64,000 nt of DNA from the NCBI RefSeq assembly GCF_009914755.1, contig NC_060939.1. One strand, 5' to 3'. Shown one piece after another: positions 37,401 through 52,400 of the stretch. This DNA is from the human T2T-CHM13v2.0 reference genome, Homo sapiens. Both the position numbers and the translations under genes were made by a program. Below the pieces are notes generated by a model. It saw only the letters and a program-made list of their open reading frames with translations, had not been told where the DNA came from and did not search any database. The stretch's first letter is position 1; every line of letters begins with the position of its first letter.

Positions 37401-40400
37401 ACTTCCACATACTACAAAAAGAGTGTTTCAAACCTGCTCTATGATAGGGAATGTTGAAACCTATGAGTTGAATGCAAGCATTACAAAGAGGTTTCTGAGA
37501 ATGCTTCTGTCTAGATTTTATATGTAGATATTCCCGTTTCCAACGAAATCCTCAAAGCTATCCAAATATCAACTTGCAGATTCTACAAAAGGAACGTTTC
37601 CAAAATGCTGTATCCAAACAAAGGTTCAACTCTGTGAATTGAGGGCATACATCACAAAGAAGATTCTGAGAATGCTTCTGTCTAGATTTTATATGAAAAT
37701 ATTCCCGTTTCCAACGAAATCCTCAAAGCTATCCAAATATCCACTTGCAAATGCCACAAAAAGAGTGTTTCCAAACTGCTCTGTGAAAAGGAAGGTTCAA
37801 CTCTGTTAGTTGAGTACACACATCACAAAGAGGTTTCTGAGAATGCTGCTGACTAGTTTTTATTTGAAGATATTTCCCTTTTCACCTTAGGCCTAAGAGT
37901 GCTCGAAATGTCCATTTCCACATACTCCACAAAGTGTGTTTCAAACGTGCTGTATGAAAGGGAATGTTCAACTCTATGAGTTGAATGCAAACATCACAAA
38001 GAAGACTCTGAGAATGCTTTTGTCTAGATTTTATATGAAGATATTCCCGTGTCCAACGAAATTTTCAAAGGTCTCCAAATATCCATTTGTAGATTCTACA
38101 AAAAGAGTGTTTCCAAACTGCTGTATCAAAACAAAGGTTGAACTCTGTGAGTTGAGGACACACATCACAAATAAGTTTCTGAGAATGCTTCTGTCTAGTT
38201 TTTATTTGAAGATGTTTCCTTTTTCACCATAGGCCTGAAAGCGCTCGAAATGTCCACTTCCAGATAGTACAGAAAGAGTGTTTCAAACCTGCTCTATGAA
38301 CGGGAATGTTCAGCTCTGTGAGTTGAATGCAAACATCACAAAGCAGGTTCCGAGAATGCTTCCGTCTAGATTTTAAATGAGGATATTCCCGTTTCCAACG
38401 AAATCCTCGAAGCTATCCAAATATCCACTTGCAGATTCCACAAAAAGAGTGTTTCAAAACTGCTCTGTCAAAAGATAGGTTCAACTCTGTTAGTTGAGTA
38501 CACACATGGCAAACAAGATTGCGAGAATGCTTTCGTCTAGTTTTTTTGGGAAGATATTTCCTTCTTCACCATAGGCCTCAAAGCGCTCCAAATATCCATT
38601 TCCACATGCTATACAAAGAGTGTCTCAAACCTGCTGTATGAATGGGAATGTTCAACTCTATGAGTTGAATGCAAACATCACAAAGAAGTTTCTGAGAATG
38701 CTGCTGTCTAGATTTTATATGAAGGTTTTCCCGCTTCCAACGAAATTTTCAATGCTCTCAAAATATCCTCTTGTAGATTCTACAAAAAGAGTGTTTCCAA
38801 ACTGCTGTATCAAAACAAAGGTTCATCTCTGTTAGTTGAGGACACACATCACAAATAAGTTTCTGAGAATGCTTCTGTCTAGTTCTTATTTGAAGACATT
38901 TCCTTTCTCACCTTAGGCCTGAAAGCGCTCGAAATACCCACTTCCAGATACTACAGAAACAGTGATTCAAACCTGCTCTATGAAAGGGAATGTTCAACTA
39001 GGTGACTTGAATGCAAACATCACAAAGCAGTTTCTGAGAATGCTGCTGTCTACTTTCTATTTGTAATCCCGTTTCCAACGAAATCCTCAGAACTATCGAA
39101 ATTTCCAATTGCAGATTCCACAGAAACAGGGTTTCAAAGCTGCTCTGTAAAAAGAAAGGTTCAACTCTGTTAGTTGAATACACACGTCACAAACAAGTTT
39201 CTGAGAATGCTTCTGTCTAGTTTTTATGGGAAGATATTTCCTTTTTCACCGTAGGCCTCAAAGCGCTCCAAATGTCCACGTCCACATACTACAAAAAGAG
39301 TGTTTCAAACCTGCTGTATGAAAGGGAATGTTCAACTCTATGAGTTGAATGCAAACATTACAAAGAAGTTTCTGAGAATGCTTCTGTCTAGATTTTATAT
39401 GAAGGTTTTCCCGTTTCCAACGAAATTTTCAATGCTCTCAAAATATCCACTTGTAGATTCTACAAAAAGAGTGTTTCCAAACTGCTGTGTCAAAAGAAAG
39501 GTTCAACTCTGTTAGTTGAGGACACACATCACAAATAAGTTTCTGAGAATGCTTCTGTCTAGTTCTTATTTGAAGACATTTCCTTTCTCACCTTAGGCCT
39601 GAAAACGCTCGAAATATCCACTTCCAGATACGACAGAAACAGTGATTCAAACCTGCTCTATGAAAGGGAATGTTCAACTAGGTGACTTGAATGCAAACAT
39701 CACAAAGCAGTTTCTGAGAATGCTGCTGTCTACTTTCTATTTGTAATCCCGTTTCCAACGAAATCCTCAGAACTATCGAAATTTCCAATTGCAGATTCCA
39801 CAAAAAGCGTGTTTCAAAGCTGCTCTGTAAAAAGAAAGGTTCAACTCTGTTAGTTGAATACACACGTCACAAACAAGTTTCTGAGAATGCTTCTGTCTAG
39901 TTTTTATGGGAAGATATTTCCTTTTTCACCGTAGGCCTCAAAGCGCTCCAAATGTCCACTTCCACATACTACAAAAAGAGTGTTTCAAACCTGCTCTATG
40001 ATAGGGAATGTTGAAACCTATGAGTTGAATGCAAGCATTACAAAGAGGTTTCTGAGAATGCTTCTGTCTAGATTTTATATGTAGATATTCCCGTTTCCAA
40101 CGAAATCCTCAAAGCTATCCAAATATCAACTTGCAGATTCTACAAAAGGAATGTTTCCAAAATGCTGTATCCAAACAAAGGTTCAACTCTGTGAATTGAG
40201 GGCATACATCACAAAGAAGATTCTGAGAATGCTTCTGTCTAGATTTTATATGAAAATATTCCCGTTTCCAACGAAATCCTCAAAGCTATCCAAATATCCA
40301 CTTGCAAATGCCACAAAAAGAGTGTTTCCAAACTGCTCTGTGAAAAGGAAGGTTCAACTCTGTTAGTTGAGTACACACATCACAAAGAGGTTTCTGAGAA

Positions 40401-43400
40401 TGCTGCTGACTAGTTTTTATTTGAAGATATTTCCCTTTTCACCTTAGGCCTAAGAGTGCTCGAAATGTCCATTTCCACATACTCCACAAAGTGTGTTTCA
40501 AACGTGCTGTATGAAAGGGAATGTTCAACTCTATGAGTTGAATGCAAACATCACAAAGAAGACTCTGAGAATGCTTTTGTCTAGATTTTATATGAAGATA
40601 TTCCCGTGTCCAACGAAATTTTCAAAGGTCTCCAAATATCCATTTGTAGATTCTACAAAAAGAGTGTTTCCAAACTGCTGTATCAAAACAAAGGTTGAAC
40701 TCTGTGAGTTGAGGACACACATCACAAATAAGTTTCTGAGAATGCTTCTGTCTAGTTTTTATTTGAAGATGTTTCCTTTTTCACCATAGGCCTGAAAGCG
40801 CTCGAAATGTCCACTTCCAGATAGTACAGAAAGAGTGTTTCAAACCTGCTCTATGAACGGGAATGTTCAGCTCTGTGAGTTGAATGCAAACATCACAAAG
40901 CAGGTTCTGAGAATGCTTCCGTCTAGATTTTAAATGAGGATATTCCCGTTTCCAACGAAATCCTCGAAGCTATCCAAATATCCACTTGCAGATTCCACAA
41001 AAAGAGTGTTTCAAAACTGCTCTGTCAAAAGATAGGTTCAACTCTGTTAGTTGAGTACACACATGGCAAACAAGATTGCGAGAATGCTTTCGTCTAGTTT
41101 TTTTGGGAAGATATTTCCTTCTTCACCATAGGCCTCAAAGCGCTCCAAATATCCATTTCCACATGCTATACAAAGAGTGTCTCAAACCTGCTGTATGAAT
41201 GGGAATGTTCAACTCTATGAGTTGAATGCAAACATCACAAAGAAGTTTCTGAGAATGCTGCTGTCTAGATTTTATATGAAGGTTTTCCCGCTTCCAACGA
41301 AATTTTCAATGCTCTCAAAATATCCTCTTGTAGATTCTACAAAAAGAGTGTTTCCAAACTGCTGTATCAAAACAAAGGTTCATCTCTGTTAGTTGAGGAC
41401 ACACATCACAAATAAGTTTCTGAGAATGCTTCTGTCTAGTTCTTATTTGAAGACATTTCCTTTCTCACCTTAGGCCTGAAAGCGCTCGAAATACCCACTT
41501 CCAGATACTACAGAAACAGTGATTCAAACCTGCTCTATGAAAGGGAATGTTCAACTAGGTGACTTGAATGCAAACATCACAAAGCAGTTTCTGAGAATGC
41601 TGCTGTCTACTTTCTATTTGTAATCCCGTTTCCAACGAAATCCTCAGAACTATCGAAATTTCCAATTGCAGATTCCACAGAAACAGGGTTTCAAAGCTGC
41701 TCTGTAAAAAGAAAGGTTCAACTCTGTTAGTTGAATACACACGTCACAAACAAGTTTCTGAGAATGCTTCTGTCTAGTTTTTATGGGAAGATATTTCCTT
41801 TTTCACCGTAGGCCTCAAAGCGCTCCAAATGTCCACATCCACATACTACAAAAAGAGTGTTTCAAACCTGCTGTATGAAAGGGAATGTTCAACTCTATGA
41901 GTTGAATGCAAACATTACAAAGAAGTTTCTGAGAATGCTTCTGTCTAGATTTTATATGAAGGTTTTCCCGTTTCCAACGAAATTTTCAATGCTCTCAAAA
42001 TATCCACTTGTAGATTCTACAAAAAGAGTGTTTCCAAACTGCTGTGTCAAAAGAAAGGTTCAACTCTGTTAGTTGAGGACACACATCACAAATAAGTTTC
42101 TGAGAATGCTTCTGTCTAGTTCTTATTTGAAGACATTTCCTTTCTCACCTTAGGCCTGAAAACGCTCGAAATATCCACTTCCAGATACGACAGAAACAGT
42201 GATTCAAACCTGCTCTATGAAAGGGAATGTTCAACTAGGTGACTTGAATGCAAACATCACAAAGCAGTTTCTGAGAATGCTGCTGTCTACTTTCTATTTG
42301 TAATCCCGTTTCCAACGAAATCCTCAGAACTATCGAAATTTCCAATTGCAGATTCCACAAAAAGCGTGTTTCAAAGCTGCTCTGTAAAAAGAAAGGTTCA
42401 ACTCTGTTAGTTGAATACACACGTCACAAACAAGTTTCTGAGAATGCTTCTGTCTAGTTTTTATGGGAAGATATTTCCTTTTTCACCGTAGGCCTCAAAG
42501 CGCTCCAAATGTCCACTTCCACATACTACAAAAAGAGTGTTTCAAACCTGCTCTATGATAGGGAATGTTGAAACCTATGAGTTGAATGCAAGCATTACAA
42601 AGAGGTTTCTGAGAATGCTTCTGTCTAGATTTTATATGTAGATATTCCCGTTTCCAACGAAATCCTCAAAGCTATCCAAATATCAACTTGCAGATTCTAC
42701 AAAAGTAACGTTTCCAAAATGCTGTATCCAAACAAAGGTTCAACTCTGTGAATTGAGGGCATACATCACAAAGAAGATTCTGAGAATGCTTCTGTCTAGA
42801 TTTTATATGAAAATATTCCCGTTTCCAACGAAATCCTCAAAGCTATCCAAATATCCACTTGCAAATGCCACAAAAAGAGTGTTTCCAAACTGCTCTGTGA
42901 AAAGGAAGGTTCAACTCTGTTAGTTGAGTACACACATCACAAAGAGGTTTCTGAGAATGCTGCTGACTAGTTTTTATTTGAAGATATTTCCCTTTTCACC
43001 TTAGGCCTAAGAGTGCTCGAAATGTCCATTTCCACATACTCCACAAAGTGTGTTTCAAACGTGCTGTATGAAAGGGAATGTTCAACTCTATGAGTTGAAT
43101 GCAAACATCACAAAGAAGACTCTGAGAATGCTTTTGTCTAGATTTTATATGAAGATATTCCCGTGTCCAACGAAATTTTCAAAGGTCTCCAAATATCCAT
43201 TTGTAGATTCTACAAAAAGAGTGTTTCCAAACTGCTGTATCAAAACAAAGGTTGAACTCTGTGAGTTGAGGACACACATCACAAATAAGTTTCTGAGAAT
43301 GCTTCTGTCTAGTTTTTATTTGAAGATGTTTCCTTTTTCACCATAGGCCTGAAAGCGCTCGAAATGTCCACTTCCAGATAGTACAGAAAGAGTGTTTCAA

Positions 43401-46400
43401 ACCTGCTCTATGAACGGGAATGTTCAGCTCTGTGAGTTGAATGCAAACATCACAAAGCAGGTTCTGAGAATGCTTCCGTCTAGATTTTAAATGAGGATAT
43501 TCCCGTTTCCAACGAAATCCTCGAAGCTATCCAAATATCCACTTGCAGATTCCACAAAAAGAGTGTTTCAAAACTGCTCTGTCAAAAGATAGGTTCAACT
43601 CTGTTAGTTGAGTACACACATGGCAAACAAGATTGCGAGAATGCTTTCGTCTAGTTTTTTTGGGAAGATATTTCCTTCTTCACCATAGGCCTCAAAGCGC
43701 TCCAAATATCCATTTCCACATGCTATACAAAGAGTGTCTCAAACCTGCTGTATGAATGGGAATGTTCAACTCTATGAGTTGAATGCAAACATCACAAAGA
43801 AGTTTCTGAGAATGCTGCTGTCTAGATTTTATATGAAGGTTTTCCCGCTTCCAACGAAATTTTCAATGCTCTCAAAATATCCTCTTGTAGATTCTACAAA
43901 AAGAGTGTTTCCAAACTGCTGTATCAAAACAAAGGTTCATCTCTGTTAGTTGAGGACACACATCACAAATAAGTTTCTGAGAATGCTTCTGTCTAGTTCT
44001 TATTTGAAGACATTTCCTTTCTCACCTTAGGCCTGAAAGCGCTCGAAATACCCACTTCCAGATACTACAGAAACAGTGATTCAAACCTGCTCTATGAAAG
44101 GGAATGTTCAACTAGGTGACTTGAATGCAAACATCACAAAGCAGTTTCTGAGAATGCTGCTGTCTACTTTCTATTTGTAATCCCGTTTCCAACGAAATCC
44201 TCAGAACTATCGAAATTTCCAATTGCAGATTCCACAGAAACAGGGTTTCAAAGCTGCTCTGTAAAAAGAAAGGTTCAACTCTGTTAGTTGAATACACACG
44301 TCACAAACAAGTTTCTGAGAATGCTTCTGTCTAGTTTTTATGGGAAGATATTTCCTTTTTCACCGTAGGCCTCAAAGCGCTCCAAATGTCCACGTCCACA
44401 TACTACAAAAAGAGTGTTTCAAACCTGCTGTATGAAAGGGAATGTTCAACTCTATGAGTTGAATGCAAACATTACAAAGAAGTTTCTGAGAATGCTTCTG
44501 TCTAGATTTTATATGAAGGTTTTCCCGTTTCCAACGAAATTTTCAATGCTCTCAAAATATCCACTTGTAGATTCTACAAAAAGAGTGTTTCCAAACTGCT
44601 GTGTCAAAAGAAAGGTTCAACTCTGTTAGTTGAGGACACACATCACAAATAAGTTTCTGAGAATGCTTCTGTCTAGTTCTTATTTGAAGACATTTCCTTT
44701 CTCACCTTAGGCCTGAAAACGCTCGAAATATCCACTTCCAGATACGACAGAAACAGTGATTCAAACCTGCTCTATGAAAGGGAATGTTCAACTAGGTGAC
44801 TTGAATGCAAACATCACAAAGCAGTTTCTGAGAATGCTGCTGTCTACTTTCTATTTGTAATCCCGTTTCCAACGAAATCCTCAGAACTATCGAAATTTCC
44901 AATTGCAGATTCCACAAAAAGCGTGTTTCAAAGCTGCTCTGTAAAAAGAAAGGTTCAACTCTGTTAGTTGAATACACACGTCACAAACAAGTTTCTGAGA
45001 ATGCTTCTGTCTAGTTTTTATGGGAAGATATTTCCTTTTTCACCGTAGGCCTCAAAGCGCTCCAAATGTCCACTTCCACATACTACAAAAAGAGTGTTTC
45101 AAACCTGCTCTATGATAGGGAATGTTGAAACCTATGAGTTGAATGCAAGCATTACAAAGAGGTTTCTGAGAATGCTTCTGTCTAGATTTTATATGTAGAT
45201 ATTCCCGTTTCCAACGAAATCCTCAAAGCTATCCAAATATCAACTTGCAGATTCTACAAAAGGAACGTTTCCAAAATGCTGTATCCAAACAAAGGTTCAA
45301 CTCTGTGAATTGAGGGCATACATCACAAAGAAGATTCTGAGAATGCTTCTGTCTAGATTTTATATGAAAATATTCCCGTTTCCAACGAAATCCTCAAAGC
45401 TATCCAAATATCCACTTGCAAATGCCACAAAAAGAGTGTTTCCAAACTGCTCTGTGAAAAGGAAGGTTCAACTCTGTTAGTTGAGTACACACATCACAAA
45501 GAGGTTTCTGAGAATGCTGCTGACTAGTTTTTATTTGAAGATATTTCCCTTTTCACCTTAGGCCTAAGAGTGCTCGAAATGTCCATTTCCACATACTCCA
45601 CAAAGTGTGTTTCAAACGTGCTGTATGAAAGGGAATGTTCAACTCTATGAGTTGAATGCAAACATCACAAAGAAGACTCTGAGAATGCTTTTGTCTAGAT
45701 TTTATATGAAGATATTCCCGTGTCCAACGAAATTTTCAAAGGTCTCCAAATATCCATTTGTAGATTCTACAAAAAGAGTGTTTCCAAACTGCTGTATCAA
45801 AACAAAGGTTGAACTCTGTGAGTTGAGGACACACATCACAAATAAGTTTCTGAGAATGCTTCTGTCTAGTTTTTATTTGAAGATGTTTCCTTTTTCACCA
45901 TAGGCCTGAAAGCGCTCGAAATGTCCACTTCCAGATAGTACAGAAAGAGTGTTTCAAACCTGCTCTATGAACGGGAATGTTCAGCTCTGTGAGTTGAATG
46001 CAAACATCACAAAGCAGGTTCTGAGAATGCTTCCGTCTAGATTTTAAATGAGGATATTCCCGTTTCCAACGAAATCCTCGAAGCTATCCAAATATCCACT
46101 TGCAGATTCCACAAAAAGAGTGTTTCAAAACTGCTCTGTCAAAAGATAGGTTCAACTCTGTTAGTTGAGTACACACATGGCAAACAAGATTGCGAGAATG
46201 CTTTCGTCTAGTTTTTTTGGGAAGATATTTCCTTCTTCACCATAGGCCTCAAAGCGCTCCAAATATCCATTTCCACATGCTATACAAAGAGTGTCTCAAA
46301 CCTGCTGTATGAATGGGAATGTTCAACTCTATGAGTTGAATGCAAACATCACAAAGAAGTTTCTGAGAATGCTGCTGTCTAGATTTTATATGAAGGTTTT

Positions 46401-49400
46401 CCCGCTTCCAACGAAATTTTCAATGCTCTCAAAATATCCTCTTGTAGATTCTACAAAAAGAGTGTTTCCAAACTGCTGTATCAAAACAAAGGTTCATCTC
46501 TGTTAGTTGAGGACACACATCACAAATAAGTTTCTGAGAATGCTTCTGTCTAGTTCTTATTTGAAGACATTTCCTTTCTCACCTTAGGCCTGAAAGCGCT
46601 CGAAATACCCACTTCCAGATACTACAGAAACAGTGATTCAAACCTGCTCTATGAAAGGGAATGTTCAACTAGGTGACTTGAATGCAAACATCACAAAGCA
46701 GTTTCTGAGAATGCTGCTGTCTACTTTCTATTTGTAATCCCGTTTCCAACGAAATCCTCAGAACTATCGAAATTTCCAATTGCAGATTCCACAGAAACAG
46801 GGTTTCAAAGCTGCTCTGTAAAAAGAAAGGTTCAACTCTGTTAGTTGAATACACACGTCACAAACAAGTTTCTGAGAATGCTTCTGTCTAGTTTTTATGG
46901 GAAGATATTTCCTTTTTCACCGTAGGCCTCAAAGCGCTCCAAATGTCCACGTCCACATACTACAAAAAGAGTGTTTCAAACCTGCTGTATGAAAGGGAAT
47001 GTTCAACTCTATGAGTTGAATGCAAACATTACAAAGAAGTTTCTGAGAATGCTTCTGTCTAGATTTTATATGAAGGTTTTCCCGTTTCCAACGAAATTTT
47101 CAATGCTCTCAAAATATCCACTTGTAGATTCTACAAAAAGAGTGTTTCCAAACTGCTGTGTCAAAAGAAAGGTTCAACTCTGTTAGTTGAGGACACACAT
47201 CACAAATAAGTTTCTGAGAATGCTTCTGTCTAGTTCTTATTTGAAGACATTTCCTTTCTCACCTTAGGCCTGAAAACGCTCGAAATATCCACTTCCAGAT
47301 ACGACAGAAACAGTGATTCAAACCTGCTCTATGAAAGGGAATGTTCAACTAGGTGACTTGAATGCAAACATCACAAAGCAGTTTCTGAGAATGCTGCTGT
47401 CTACTTTCTATTTGTAATCCCGTTTCCAACGAAATCCTCAGAACTATCGAAATTTCCAATTGCAGATTCCACAAAAAGCGTGTTTCAAAGCTGCTCTGTA
47501 AAAAGAAAGGTTCAACTCTGTTAGTTGAATACACACGTCACAAACAAGTTTCTGAGAATGCTTCTGTCTAGTTTTTATGGGAAGATATTTCCTTTTTCAC
47601 CGTAGGCCTCAAAGCGCTCCAAATGTCCACTTCCACATACTACAAAAAGAGTGTTTCAAACCTGCTCTATGATAGGGAATGTTGAAACCTATGAGTTGAA
47701 TGCAAGCATTACAAAGAGGTTTCTGAGAATGCTTCTGTCTAGATTTTATATGTAGATATTCCCGTTTCCAACGAAATCCTCAAAGCTATCCAAATATCAA
47801 CTTGCAGATTCTACAAAAGGAACGTTTCCAAAATGCTGTATCCAAACAAAGGTTCAACTCTGTGAATTGAGGGCATACATCACAAAGAAGATTCTGAGAA
47901 TGCTTCTGTCTAGATTTTATATGAAAATATTCCCGTTTCCAACGAAATCCTCAAAGCTATCCAAATATCCACTTGCAAATGCCACAAAAAGAGTGTTTCC
48001 AAACTGCTCTGTGAAAAGGAAGGTTCAACTCTGTTAGTTGAGTACACACATCACAAAGAGGTTTCTGAGAATGCTGCTGACTAGTTTTTATTTGAAGATA
48101 TTTCCCTTTTCACCTTAGGCCTAAGAGTGCTCGAAATGTCCATTTCCACATACTCCACAAAGTGTGTTTCAAACGTGCTGTATGAAAGGGAATGTTCAAC
48201 TCTATGAGTTGAATGCAAACATCACAAAGAAGACTCTGAGAATGCTTTTGTCTAGATTTTATATGAAGATATTCCCGTGTCCAACGAAATTTTCAAAGGT
48301 CTCCAAATATCCATTTGTAGATTCTACAAAAAGAGTGTTTCCAAACTGCTGTATCAAAACAAAGGTTGAACTCTGTGAGTTGAGGACACACATCACAAAT
48401 AAGTTTCTGAGAATGCTTCTGTCTAGTTTTTATTTGAAGATGTTTCCTTTTTCACCATAGGCCTGAAAGCGCTCGAAATGTCCACTTCCAGATAGTACAG
48501 AAAGAGTGTTTCAAACCTGCTCTATGAACGGGAATGTTCAGCTCTGTGAGTTGAATGCAAACATCACAAAGCAGGTTCTGAGAATGCTTCCGTCTAGATT
48601 TTAAATGAGGATATTCCCGTTTCCAACGAAATCCTCGAAGCTATCCAAATATCCACTTGCAGATTCCACAAAAAGAGTGTTTCAAAACTGCTCTGTCAAA
48701 AGATAGGTTCAACTCTGTTAGTTGAGTACACACATGGCAAACAAGATTGCGAGAATGCTTTCGTCTAGTTTTTTTGGGAAGATATTTCCTTCTTCACCAT
48801 AGGCCTCAAAGCGCTCCAAATATCCATTTCCACATGCTATACAAAGAGTGTCTCAAACCTGCTGTATGAATGGGAATGTTCAACTCTATGAGTTGAATGC
48901 AAACATCACAAAGAAGTTTCTGAGAATGCTGCTGTCTAGATTTTATATGAAGGTTTTCCCGCTTCCAACGAAATTTTCAATGCTCTCAAAATATCCTCTT
49001 GTAGATTCTACAAAAAGAGTGTTTCCAAACTGCTGTATCAAAACAAAGGTTCATCTCTGTTAGTTGAGGACACACATCACAAATAAGTTTCTGAGAATGC
49101 TTCTGTCTAGTTCTTATTTGAAGACATTTCCTTTCTCACCTTAGGCCTGAAAGCGCTCGAAATACCCACTTCCAGATACTACAGAAACAGTGATTCAAAC
49201 CTGCTCTATGAAAGGGAATGTTCAACTAGGTGACTTGAATGCAAACATCACAAAGCAGTTTCTGAGAATGCTGCTGTCTACTTTCTATTTGTAATCCCGT
49301 TTCCAACGAAATCCTCAGAACTATCGAAATTTCCAATTGCAGATTCCACAGAAACAGGGTTTCAAAGCTGCTCTGTAAAAAGAAAGGTTCAACTCTGTTA

Positions 49401-52400
49401 GTTGAATACACACGTCACAAACAAGTTTCTGAGAATGCTTCTGTCTAGTTTTTATGGGAAGATATTTCCTTTTTCACCGTAGGCCTCAAAGCGCTCCAAA
49501 TGTCCACGTCCACATACTACAAAAAGAGTGTTTCAAACCTGCTGTATGAAAGGGAATGTTCAACTCTATGAGTTGAATGCAAACATTACAAAGAAGTTTC
49601 TGAGAATGCTTCTGTCTAGATTTTATATGAAGGTTTTCCCGTTTCCAACGAAATTTTCAATGCTCTCAAAATATCCACTTGTAGATTCTACAAAAAGAGT
49701 GTTTCCAAACTGCTGTGTCAAAAGAAAGGTTCAACTCTGTTAGTTGAGGACACACATCACAAATAAGTTTCTGAGAATGCTTCTGTCTAGTTCTTATTTG
49801 AAGACATTTCCTTTCTCACCTTAGGCCTGAAAACGCTCGAAATATCCACTTCCAGATACGACAGAAACAGTGATTCAAACCTGCTCTATGAAAGGGAATG
49901 TTCAACTAGGTGACTTGAATGCAAACATCACAAAGCAGTTTCTGAGAATGCTGCTGTCTACTTTCTATTTGTAATCCCGTTTCCAACGAAATCCTCAGAA
50001 CTATCGAAATTTCCAATTGCAGATTCCACAAAAAGCGTGTTTCAAAGCTGCTCTGTAAAAAGAAAGGTTCAACTCTGTTAGTTGAATACACACGTCACAA
50101 ACAAGTTTCTGAGAATGCTTCTGTCTAGTTTTTATGGGAAGATATTTCCTTTTTCACCGTAGGCCTCAAAGCGCTCCAAATGTCCACTTCCACATACTAC
50201 AAAAAGAGTGTTTCAAACCTGCTCTATGATAGGGAATGTTGAAACCTATGAGTTGAATGCAAGCATTACAAAGAGGTTTCTGAGAATGCTTCTGTCTAGA
50301 TTTTATATGTAGATATTCCCGTTTCCAACGAAATCCTCAAAGCTATCCAAATATCAACTTGCAGATTCTACAAAAGGAACGTTTCCAAAATGCTGTATCC
50401 AAACAAAGGTTCAACTCTGTGAATTGAGGGCATACATCACAAAGAAGATTCTGAGAATGCTTCTGTCTAGATTTTATATGAAAATATTCCCGTTTCCAAC
50501 GAAATCCTCAAAGCTATCCAAATATCCACTTGCAAATGCCACAAAAAGAGTGTTTCCAAACTGCTCTGTGAAAAGGAAGGTTCAACTCTGTTAGTTGAGT
50601 ACACACATCACAAAGAGGTTTCTGAGAATGCTGCTGACTAGTTTTTATTTGAAGATATTTCCCTTTTCACCTTAGGCCTAAGAGTGCTCGAAATGTCCAT
50701 TTCCACATACTCCACAAAGTGTGTTTCAAACGTGCTGTATGAAAGGGAATGTTCAACTCTATGAGTTGAATGCAAACATCACAAAGAAGACTCTGAGAAT
50801 GCTTTTGTCTAGATTTTATATGAAGATATTCCCGTGTCCAACGAAATTTTCAAAGGTCTCCAAATATCCATTTGTAGATTCTACAAAAAGAGTGTTTCCA
50901 AACTGCTGTATCAAAACAAAGGTTGAACTCTGTGAGTTGAGGACACACATCACAAATAAGTTTCTGAGAATGCTTCTGTCTAGTTTTTATTTGAAGATGT
51001 TTCCTTTTTCACCATAGGCCTGAAAGCGCTCGAAATGTCCACTTCCAGATAGTACAGAAAGAGTGTTTCAAACCTGCTCTATGAACGGGAATGTTCAGCT
51101 CTGTGAGTTGAATGCAAACATCACAAAGCAGGTTCTGAGAATGCTTCCGTCTAGATTTTAAATGAGGATATTCCCGTTTCCAACGAAATCCTCGAAGCTA
51201 TCCAAATATCCACTTGCAGATTCCACAAAAAGAGTGTTTCAAAACTGCTCTGTCAAAAGATAGGTTCAACTCTGTTAGTTGAGTACACACATGGCAAACA
51301 AGATTGCGAGAATGCTTTCGTCTAGTTTTTTTGGGAAGATATTTCCTTCTTCACCATAGGCCTCAAAGCGCTCCAAATATCCATTTCCACATGCTATACA
51401 AAGAGTGTCTCAAACCTGCTGTATGAATGGGAATGTTCAACTCTATGAGTTGAATGCAAACATCACAAAGAAGTTTCTGAGAATGCTGCTGTCTAGATTT
51501 TATATGAAGGTTTTCCCGCTTCCAACGAAATTTTCAATGCTCTCAAAATATCCTCTTGTAGATTCTACAAAAAGAGTGTTTCCAAACTGCTGTATCAAAA
51601 CAAAGGTTCATCTCTGTTAGTTGAGGACACACATCACAAATAAGTTTCTGAGAATGCTTCTGTCTAGTTCTTATTTGAAGACATTTCCTTTCTCACCTTA
51701 GGCCTGAAAGCGCTCGAAATACCCACTTCCAGATACTACAGAAACAGTGATTCAAACCTGCTCTATGAAAGGGAATGTTCAACTAGGTGACTTGAATGCA
51801 AACATCACAAAGCAGTTTCTGAGAATGCTGCTGTCTACTTTCTATTTGTAATCCCGTTTCCAACGAAATCCTCAGAACTATCGAAATTTCCAATTGCAGA
51901 TTCCACAGAAACAGGGTTTCAAAGCTGCTCTGTAAAAAGAAAGGTTCAACTCTGTTAGTTGAATACACACGTCACAAACAAGTTTCTGAGAATGCTTCTG
52001 TCTAGTTTTTATGGGAAGATATTTCCTTTTTCACCGTAGGCCTCAAAGCGCTCCAAATGTCCACGTCCACATACTACAAAAAGAGTGTTTCAAACCTGCT
52101 GTATGAAAGGGAATGTTCAACTCTATGAGTTGAATGCAAACATTACAAAGAAGTTTCTGAGAATGCTTCTGTCTAGATTTTATATGAAGGTTTTCCCGTT
52201 TCCAACGAAATTTTCAATGCTCTCAAAATATCCACTTGTAGATTCTACAAAAAGAGTGTTTCCAAACTGCTGTGTCAAAAGAAAGGTTCAACTCTGTTAG
52301 TTGAGGACACACATCACAAATAAGTTTCTGAGAATGCTTCTGTCTAGTTCTTATTTGAAGACATTTCCTTTCTCACCTTAGGCCTGAAAACGCTCGAAAT

